DNA of 64,000 bases from a virus. Lineage: Duplodnaviria; Caudoviricetes. Location: positions 2,338 through 66,337 of IMG/VR virus record IMGVR_UViG_3300031813_000016; one strand, written 5' to 3'. Positions within the stretch are counted from its first letter, which is position 1, and every line of letters begins with the position of its first letter. A program made the translations under genes and the position numbers. The notes beneath the pieces were generated by a model. The model was not told the origin of the DNA. It saw only the letters and a program-made list of their open reading frames with translations, and searched no databases. Positions 57,298 to 64,000 of this stretch are shown here, piece after piece.

Positions 57298-57492
57298 CTA
57301 TCCTATTTTTAATTCACATTCCAACAAACCATCAATAAAAAATAATGGTATATTATATGTATTTATATTACATTTACAAATACTATAACTAAGTAGTTCA
57401 TCTCCTATTATCTGATTCTTACAACATATCATATTAAAATCACACATGATATTAGCTATTCGCTTACTTTCTGTAAATTCAATTGAAGTCAT
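57298..57492 (-). CDS. Small Cys-rich hypothetical protein
   Basis: 64 aa. Confidence 0.55.
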   Translation of the reverse strand: MTSIEFTESKRIANIMCDFNMICCKNQIIGDELLSYSICKCNINTYNIPLFFIDGLLECELKIG

Positions 57493-57564
57493 AAATTCAC
57501 CTTTAAATCACTCTATGAACTTTTTAAATCCATAGAGTGATATTTTAAAAATAATTTAAACTAT

Positions 57565-57840
57565 TTATTCTGGAGCTAAAACACCATAAACTTCTCCAGC
57601 ATGCATACATCTATATTCTTCATTATCAAGAAGAATAACTTGCCCTGCTCTACTATGAAATGTAATTGTATCTCCTTCTTTAATACACTCAATTTCAGGC
57701 GCTACACTAGAGACTATTCCATACCCTTGAGGAAGAGAAGTAATTGAGGTTGGCAAAACAATTCCACCTTTAGTTGTATTCTCAATTTCTTTCAACACTT
57801 TAACAATAACCATATCAAATACAGCATTAATCTTTCTCAT
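57565..57840 (-). CDS. groES: Co-chaperonin GroES
   Basis: INAVFDMVIVK...TTKGGIVLP...G.V.SV...IKEGD.I.F...G..I..D.EEY......V.GV; start moved to 57840. Confidence 0.9.
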   Translation of the reverse strand: MRKINAVFDMVIVKVLKEIENTTKGGIVLPTSITSLPQGYGIVSSVAPEIECIKEGDTITFHSRAGQVILLDNEEYRCMHAGEVYGVLAPE

Positions 57841-58099
57841 TGTGCTTTCTCTCCCTTGTAGACTGTAATTTCTCTTTTTTAATTTCTTCAAGTTTACATC
57901 TTTGAATTGCTTCTTTTCTTTTATTCCTTCTTCTAACACTTGGTTTAATATAAAATTCTCTAGCTTTCAATTCTTTCAAAATTCCACTATTATTTACTTT
58001 CTTTCTAAACCTTCTTATTAGTGATTCACCTGATTCGCCTTCTTTTGGGTATACTTCAATTTCAATAGAATCTCTTTGCTGTTGCCTTTTAAACGCCAT
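57827..58099 (-). CDS. rpsU: 30S ribosomal protein bS21
   Basis: EGESGESLIRRFRKKVNNSGILKELKAREFYIKPSVRRR.K; start moved to 58099 (GGAGGA RBS). Confidence 0.9.
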   Translation of the reverse strand: MAFKRQQQRDSIEIEVYPKEGESGESLIRRFRKKVNNSGILKELKAREFYIKPSVRRRNKRKEAIQRCKLEEIKKEKLQSTRERKHNEKD

Positions 58100-58112
58100 C
58101 ACTTCCTCCAAT

Positions 58113-58772
58113 TCAAACAAAGTTATAAATTATGTGGTCTCTACTTGAAAAATTGAATTTATATTTTTCTGCCATATCAAATACAAATCCTGAATTTTCT
58201 AATAGTTTTTCTCTTGTTGTTCCTTCTGGCATTAAAAATATCTTTTCATTCATAAAATTAAGATTAGATAAAAATTCTAAAAAATCTATAATTTTTGAAT
58301 CATTTTCACAAACTAATTTAATATAAACATTTCCTTTATCAAAAACTTTAGTAATCAAATTTTTATAAAATACAACATCTTCATCTGTAAATAATTTTGG
58401 AGATAGTATATATTTAACATATACTTCTTTCTTTACTTTGCTTATTAATTCTTCTAATCCAGTTCCATTAGTTTCGACATTTGCAAAATTAAAATCTAGT
58501 TTGTTTAATAATGTTGCAGTTTGATTTAAATTTAAAGACCATGTTGGTTCTCCACCTGTTATCATCAATGCCACTTTTTGTTCATCAATAATTAATTGTA
58601 AATCATGTAAAGAATAATCACTTTCCATTGCATTTCTCATACGGACTTGTGTGTCGCACCAGGAACAATTTCTATCACATCTTTTAAATCTTAACATTAA
58701 CATTCTTCGTCCAGAATCTGGGCCTTCTCCTTGCCAGGTTATACATGACTCTATTAACTTAACACTATTCAT
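58113..58772 (-). CDS. queE: 7-carboxy-7-deazaguanine synthase QueE-like radical SAM protein
   Basis: TWQGEG...G...LRF..CDRNCSWCDT, MITGGEP, NVETNG, SPK, LMPEG. Confidence 0.85.
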   Translation of the reverse strand: MNSVKLIESCITWQGEGPDSGRRMLMLRFKRCDRNCSWCDTQVRMRNAMESDYSLHDLQLIIDEQKVALMITGGEPTWSLNLNQTATLLNKLDFNFANVETNGTGLEELISKVKKEVYVKYILSPKLFTDEDVVFYKNLITKVFDKGNVYIKLVCENDSKIIDFLEFLSNLNFMNEKIFLMPEGTTREKLLENSGFVFDMAEKYKFNFSSRDHIIYNFV

Positions 58773-58826
58773 TTCATTTATCACCCCTTTTTTTATTATT
58801 TTGTTCCTTAAAAGTTAATAAGATTC

Positions 58827-59072
58827 TTAAATTTCTTTTTTATGAAATACTGGAAATATTCCTTGCATTCTTATAAATTCTAATTTATTAAAATCTTCAA
58901 TTTCCTCTTCTGGTAATGTTTTCATATCTAATATACATTTAATATTATCAGTATCACCTTTTATTGGACATTTTAATGTTTCATCTTTTTCAAATCTTTC
59001 CAATATATAAAAAAATTTATGACCATCTTTTCGTATTGCTATTTGTTCTTTAAAAATTTCTGTTAATTTCAT
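58827..59072 (-). CDS. Hypothetical protein
   Basis: 81 aa. Confidence 0.65.
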   Translation of the reverse strand: MKLTEIFKEQIAIRKDGHKFFYILERFEKDETLKCPIKGDTDNIKCILDMKTLPEEEIEDFNKLEFIRMQGIFPVFHKKEI

Positions 59073-59080
59073 AATTCCTC

Positions 59081-62000
59081 CTAAAAAGTTAATACTTGGG
59101 TATCTTTACCAATAATAGGTTCTAATAGTAATTCATACCGATCTTTCCACGCAAACTCTAACATTGCCTTAACATTAACACTATAATATTTCGGTAAACT
59201 CAATTCTTCATCTGGTAGAGAAATCACCTCCAATTTTGTCCCTTTAGAAAGGAATTCATTATTATACTTTTCTAAAACTTCCTTTGGTGCTATGTCTTGT
59301 TTAATACCATTAATCTTGAAAAGGTATCCTTTACTTCCATGAGCAAATATATTATATTCTAGATTATTCCAATTTATCATTGAATGAACATTTTGTGATA
59401 TTACTTTGTAATCATCTACATCTTTAGTAAATGATGCTGGTTTTGCAACTGACTTATCTCCATTTTGAATTCTAATAATAAATTCTTTTTCTCTATTCTC
59501 TATAAATTGTCTAACTCTAGATGGTGAAAAATTCTCACTCTTTAAAATTAATTCAATTAATTCAGTTAAACATTCTTTAGTATATCTTGAAAAGTCAGAT
59601 CTCTTTACATCTAATCCCATACTTTTTATTGTATCCATTTGTACACCTTCGTTTGATATAATATGAAGGGCATAATGTTTCTTAGATACAAATAAACCAC
59701 GTTGTATAATTAATTCATTCTTTAAAAATAATTTATTATTTTCAGGTTTAACATTATGAATTAATGTTAGTTTCTCAATAATATCTTTATTTAAGAAATT
59801 TTGTAATAATACACAATATTCATTAACTTGTTTAACTTTATCTTCTTGACTCATTTTTTTATTAATAATTTTTCCATATGTAACAAACAAACTGTCAGTA
59901 TCGCCTGTTATAATATATTCTGTATTTCTGGATAAATTCCCATACATTTCTTGTTTAGTTATTAATTCAGGTAAAATATGGTTTTTAGTTTTCCATGAAT
60001 CAACCATATTATTTGCTGCCATAATTGAAAATTTAAGAGCTTCCTGCCCAGTTAATGTAATTGATTCAGCTAAGTCAACATTGAAAAACCTAAATGCTTT
60101 ATTACCCTGAACTCCATATATCGCATTTGCGAGTACTTTATATACCAATTGACGTACGTTATATAGTGATACACTTTCATCGTCTTTGACCTTCTCAGCC
60201 TCGAACATCTTATTCTTATATACCTTCCTAGACTTTAAAAGGTACTCTTCAATTTCATTATAAAAAGATTTTTTGTAATCATGTTGATAATAAAAACAAC
60301 CATTAATTGTCATAATTAAATCATCTTTTTCTTGTAATTTTTTAACATCTTGTTTAGTAAGTCTTTTTTCAATAGCTGTAAAATCCGGATCTATAATAAT
60401 ATCAACTTCATCTGGTAAATTATTAAAGTCATATAAATAATCATAACCGTGTGTTTTATCTTTAAATTTAAAAACAAAACTATCAGGACCAATATTCATA
60501 GTCATCATTATACTTGGGTATAGTGATGTAAAGTCAAAGTCAACAATCCATTCATGTAACCCAGTAATTGTTTCTTTAACAAAAGCACCAGCAAATTTTT
60601 GTTCTACTCCATGTATATCTGCATTTCTTGAAACTAAACCTTTTCTCTTTAGATATGAAACAATAATTGAATCAACTTTTCCCATTTCATTTGCTGCTGA
60701 ATTAAATGTTCCATTTGTAATTTCTCTCATTTCATTCATGAGAAAAATATGTTTTAATTTCTTATCCAAATCAACAAGAAGTGATACGTCTCTCACGTTA
60801 TATCGTATTGACTGATTTACATTTTCTTTAAACAATTTTCCAAAATTAGATCCACTATCTAATTTATCTTGTTTTAATTCAAATAACCCTACAGTCCCTA
60901 ATCTATTATTCTCTGGTTTTTTCTGAGAATAATTTTTATATAGATCTAACATATCTAAACATATAAATCCAGATATATCACAAAATCTTCTATCTGCATC
61001 TACATATATTTCTCCATATTTAGAAAATGAAGCTGGGATTATTCCTAACTTAGCAGCTCTATTTATAATGTATGGGAAGTCAAATCCAATGCTATTCCAG
61101 CCCGACAGTATGTCTGGATCTAATTTTAATAAATCATCTCTAAATCTTGTTATTAATTCTTTTTCTGATTTACATAATATTGCACTTTCTGTAACATTTT
61201 CAGCATTTGGGTCTTTTAACAAAATTTTATTATCAATCATATATGTAACATATTTACCATTTAACCAATATGTTATCATTGCTAATATATCTTTAACATC
61301 AACTGCATTTGAATATGATTTAGATTCACAAAATGTTTCAATATCTAGATGCATAATATTTAATGGTACGTTAGCCTCACCCTTATTAAGAAAATAATAA
61401 TCATGAGCATGTTTAACTGGTAATTTTATATCTCCATCATATGTTATTGAGGGATCTAATATTGCTTTTTCTTTGTATTTAACCATTACTTGCTTAATTT
61501 CATCAAATTTTAAAACTTTTTTATTTGGAATTCCTTCTTTTGGTTGATAGCAATAATAATCATCATTCTCTTCATGATAAATTTTCTTATTGTTTTTATC
61601 TCTAAAAATATATAAAACTTTATTAGCTTTATTCAACATTTGAATATCAACTAATTTATATTCATCTGTATAAAATTTATCGGGTATTTTATAATAATGT
61701 ATTCCTTCATTGCCTAAAATACTTTGATTAATTTTTTCTTCTCCTTTAATAGTCGACCCTAAAATAAACTCAGCTGCTTTTTTAATATCTTCTTCAAATT
61801 TTTCTTCTAATGTTTTTTGCTTATTAATAAACGATGGATTCAAAGTTAATAGAACATCGTAATTTTCCCATTTAAAAAAGTTACCTCTAATATTAACTAT
61901 ATTTGAATTTTTAGGAAGGACTTGAAATGTATTAGCTGGAATATCTCCCATTAATACAATTAGTTTAGGTTTACATGTTTTTATAAAATTAAAACAATTT

Positions 62001-62296
62001 TCTTTACAATTCTCAATTACATTTAATTCAGGTATTTCAGTTTGGCATAATATATTATTAGTCAATAAATATTTCATATCATTTATTTTATATTTTTCAA
62101 AATACTTTCTGAATAAAATATTAGATTTTCCAGATAGTGGTTTTTCTTTTTTAATTTCGTCTTTTGACGGAAACTCTGATATAAAGATAATTTCAACATC
62201 TTCTAAATCTTTACAATTAGTTTCTAATATACAGGAGGGTTCATTCAGGAGGGAACAAGACATACAATCTGCAAATGATTTTTTAATACTGAACAT
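59081..62296 (-). CDS. Family B DNA polymerase with N-terminal UDG family-4-like domain
   Basis: Exonuclease LDIET, GWNS..FD.PY, RYN..DV; polymerase DFDFTSLYPS, KVLANAIYG, TGDTDS, KKHY. N-terminus C..C.L, SEFPS, TN...C, C..FI...KPKLIVLMG, RG, TLNPS. Confidence 0.9.
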   Translation of the reverse strand: MFSIKKSFADCMSCSLLNEPSCILETNCKDLEDVEIIFISEFPSKDEIKKEKPLSGKSNILFRKYFEKYKINDMKYLLTNNILCQTEIPELNVIENCKENCFNFIKTCKPKLIVLMGDIPANTFQVLPKNSNIVNIRGNFFKWENYDVLLTLNPSFINKQKTLEEKFEEDIKKAAEFILGSTIKGEEKINQSILGNEGIHYYKIPDKFYTDEYKLVDIQMLNKANKVLYIFRDKNNKKIYHEENDDYYCYQPKEGIPNKKVLKFDEIKQVMVKYKEKAILDPSITYDGDIKLPVKHAHDYYFLNKGEANVPLNIMHLDIETFCESKSYSNAVDVKDILAMITYWLNGKYVTYMIDNKILLKDPNAENVTESAILCKSEKELITRFRDDLLKLDPDILSGWNSIGFDFPYIINRAAKLGIIPASFSKYGEIYVDADRRFCDISGFICLDMLDLYKNYSQKKPENNRLGTVGLFELKQDKLDSGSNFGKLFKENVNQSIRYNVRDVSLLVDLDKKLKHIFLMNEMREITNGTFNSAANEMGKVDSIIVSYLKRKGLVSRNADIHGVEQKFAGAFVKETITGLHEWIVDFDFTSLYPSIMMTMNIGPDSFVFKFKDKTHGYDYLYDFNNLPDEVDIIIDPDFTAIEKRLTKQDVKKLQEKDDLIMTINGCFYYQHDYKKSFYNEIEEYLLKSRKVYKNKMFEAEKVKDDESVSLYNVRQLVYKVLANAIYGVQGNKAFRFFNVDLAESITLTGQEALKFSIMAANNMVDSWKTKNHILPELITKQEMYGNLSRNTEYIITGDTDSLFVTYGKIINKKMSQEDKVKQVNEYCVLLQNFLNKDIIEKLTLIHNVKPENNKLFLKNELIIQRGLFVSKKHYALHIISNEGVQMDTIKSMGLDVKRSDFSRYTKECLTELIELILKSENFSPSRVRQFIENREKEFIIRIQNGDKSVAKPASFTKDVDDYKVISQNVHSMINWNNLEYNIFAHGSKGYLFKINGIKQDIAPKEVLEKYNNEFLSKGTKLEVISLPDEELSLPKYYSVNVKAMLEFAWKDRYELLLEPIIGKDTQVLTF

Positions 62297-62363
62297 ATCT
62301 ATTCCTTTCGTTTTATTTATAATTATTTGTTCCTTATTTTATTTAAAGTATCTTTTGGATTAA

Positions 62364-62378
62364 TATATATATTAATTA
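62364..62378 (+). promoter_or_regulatory. Early-type promoter motif TATATATATTAATTA
   Basis: Motif with tttaaag upstream, heading the plus-strand island. Confidence 0.6.
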
Positions 62379-62416
62379 TTAAGATATAAAATTTATTTAA
62401 AGGGGGATTATTTTAT

Positions 62417-62581
62417 ATGGAAATTGTTGAATTAAATAAAAAATTAAGTAAATTAGCAAAAGAAGTAGCTAATGAATATTTTATAAATCCAACAGAAAAA
62501 GAAATATTAATTGTTCAATGTATATTAAATAAAGGTTATAAATTAGCAATAGAAGAAGGTATTAAAATAATTAAAAGATAA
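62417..62581 (+). CDS. Small hypothetical protein (54 aa)
   Basis: GGGGG RBS; not in the ORF track. Confidence 0.55.
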   Translation: MEIVELNKKLSKLAKEVANEYFINPTEKEILIVQCILNKGYKLAIEEGIKIIKR

Positions 62582-62594
62582 AGGAGATTAAATT

Positions 62595-62756
62595 ATGAAT
62601 AATCTAATTTTACATTCATTTTCATACAGAAAATACTGGTTTAAAAATTATCAAGATATAACAAAAGCCACTAAAATATATCTTAATACAACATTTCCAA
62701 CTAGGTTTGAAGATGCATTATTGGAACAAAAAATTTGGTTTAAAAGAGAATCATAA
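62595..62756 (+). CDS. Small hypothetical protein (53 aa)
   Basis: AAGGAG RBS. Confidence 0.55.
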   Translation: MNNLILHSFSYRKYWFKNYQDITKATKIYLNTTFPTRFEDALLEQKIWFKRES

Positions 62757-62774
62757 TAAAAGGGGGTTTAATAA

Positions 62775-63053
62775 ATGTATAAAAATTATAGAGTAACAGA
62801 AGAGATAATTAAAATTAAATCAGAAGAATTTTCAAAGATGTTAAAGTATGGAAATGTTGTTACAAATTTCTGTAGAAAGAATTTAGTTGTAGTAAATACA
62901 GAATCAAGTATGTACATATTATATGATGGAATGGATTTAAGGCTTAGTTCTTGAGTAACCTTTCAAACTCGTTCATTTTTAGAATTCTGTGGAAATGAAA
63001 AAATAATCTTAAACAAAGATATGTTAGCTACAATACGAGTTATAAAAAACTAA
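62775..63053 (+). pseudogene. Small ORF with in-frame TGA at 62952-62954
   Basis: 59 codons to TGA, then the same frame stays open 32 more codons to TAA just before the next RBS. Confidence 0.4.
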
Positions 63054-63064
63054 AGGAAAAATAA

Positions 63065-63337
63065 ATGATAAAAAGAAAACAATATGAATTAGATAGTTTT
63101 TTAAAAGGATTTTTAATTTCTAAAATAACTCAAGAGCTTTCAAATAAAAGATTAACTCAAATTGAATGTATGAAAATAACCGGAATTTCTCAACCTAAAA
63201 TTAGTAGATTATTTAATAATAATAGTTATGGGTTTTCAATATTTAAACTTTATACTATTCTAAATAGATTAGGATATGATATAAATATACAAATTAAAAT
63301 TAGTAAAAATAATATTGGAAAAATTTCAATAATTTAA
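63065..63337 (+). CDS. XRE-family HTH regulator (HigA2-like)
   Basis: LTQ.E...ITG.SQPKISRL......FSI.KL...L..LG.DI.I.I. Confidence 0.85.
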   Translation: MIKRKQYELDSFLKGFLISKITQELSNKRLTQIECMKITGISQPKISRLFNNNSYGFSIFKLYTILNRLGYDINIQIKISKNNIGKISII

Positions 63338-63339
63338 TT

Positions 63340-63366
63340 ATAGGAGGGACTAATAATCCCTCCTAT
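63340..63366. terminator. Hairpin between convergent genes
   Basis: ataggaggga/tccctcctat. Confidence 0.65.
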
Positions 63367-63372
63367 ATATAA

Positions 63373-63918
63373 TTAAGACTTCAATAATGAAAAATTTTTT
63401 TCTAAATATTTTTTTACGTTAGTCTCTTTAACTTCACTTCTATCTGATAATTTTTTTTGTTTGACCTTCTCTGGTTTTTCTAAATTAAGTGAATGATAAA
63501 TGAGACTTTTTTCTTCTTCATTTCTATCTATTAAATCACATAACAAATCAACATCATAATTTTTTAAAGTTGGTATTCTCTTTCTTAATACCGTATAAAG
63601 CTTTGTATCTTTTTTTGAACGATTTATATATGGTATTGAATTCCTTTGAATTTTGTAATCTTTAATACATTTTTTTATAAATAGAAGTAGTTCCTCTTTT
63701 TCAATATAATAAGTGCTTGAATTATTTAACCAAGTATTTAAAAATAAATTTAAGGGTCCATTTAAAATAAATAATGGTAATAAATAATTAACATTTATGG
63801 GGCTATTATACTTTAAAATATTTATTTTTTCTTTACCATTTTCATCAATAATTGGCTTAGGAAGAGGTAATTTTTGATCTGATGAAAAAGCCCAATCAAG
63901 AAATTGTTTGTAAGGCAC
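63373..63918 (-). CDS. Hypothetical protein, possibly clamp-loader small-subunit-like
   Basis: 181 aa upstream of the polymerase block; only a loose resemblance. Confidence 0.35.
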   Translation of the reverse strand: MPYKQFLDWAFSSDQKLPLPKPIIDENGKEKINILKYNSPINVNYLLPLFILNGPLNLFLNTWLNNSSTYYIEKEELLLFIKKCIKDYKIQRNSIPYINRSKKDTKLYTVLRKRIPTLKNYDVDLLCDLIDRNEEEKSLIYHSLNLEKPEKVKQKKLSDRSEVKETNVKKYLEKNFSLLKS

Positions 63919-64000
63919 TTATATCTCCTTTTATATTAATGTTCTATTCAACAATAATATCATCAAATATAATAGGAATACAATTTTTAAACTCTTCTAA

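Noticed and set aside
61068-61397. 109-aa plus-strand ORF
   Set aside because: Antisense inside polB.
59081-62296. Intein in polB or in the DnaB-like helicase
   Set aside because: The extra length is explained by the N-terminal UDG-like domain; no C/S...HN splice motifs or LAGLIDADG blocks seen.
1-64000. Stop-codon reassignment (TAG or TGA), as in some large phages
   Set aside because: Long genes are intact in code 11, and genes end in TAG (kinase, SBP-OmpA) or TGA (permease, 19623) at coupled junctions; interruptions involve different stops.

Overview
The window is a 64-kb piece of a very AT-rich, large tailed-phage genome. The size class (jumbo) is inferred, and the host is probably a diderm bacterium because of an OmpA domain, a lipoprotein and strong AAGGAG Shine-Dalgarno sites. 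Genes use standard code 11 and fall into strand blocks. (1) 1-9.6 kb, minus: tail-fibre-like and virion genes, two with apparent Sec signal peptides, plus an orphan receiver-PAS protein. (2) 9.7-32 kb, plus: an accessory island with a repeated TTTAAG-N~15-TATATATATTAATTA promoter-like motif. It encodes a nicotinamidase-vWA-PP2C-Ser/Thr kinase (TerY-P-like) module, NADAR, YqeY, a PspA-like/OmpA-SBP/ABC-transporter operon, many small ORFs (some frameshifted or nonsense-interrupted), a predicted three-way-junction RNA and a Hef-like endonuclease. (3) 32-62.3 kb, minus: a T4-type head module (major capsid, prohead protease, portal, acidic scaffold), SNF2 helicase, ferritin-like protein, DnaB-like helicase, dUTPase, DUF5664, RHH+TnpB, a TGT/DpdA-like protein, GroES, ribosomal protein bS21, QueE and a UDG-family-4/PolB fusion polymerase. 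Many minus-strand units share a GAACA(A/T) upstream motif. (4) A small plus-strand island with an XRE regulator at 62.4-63.3 kb. No CRISPR array or canonical tRNA was seen. All family calls come from motif recognition by eye; no database searches were run.
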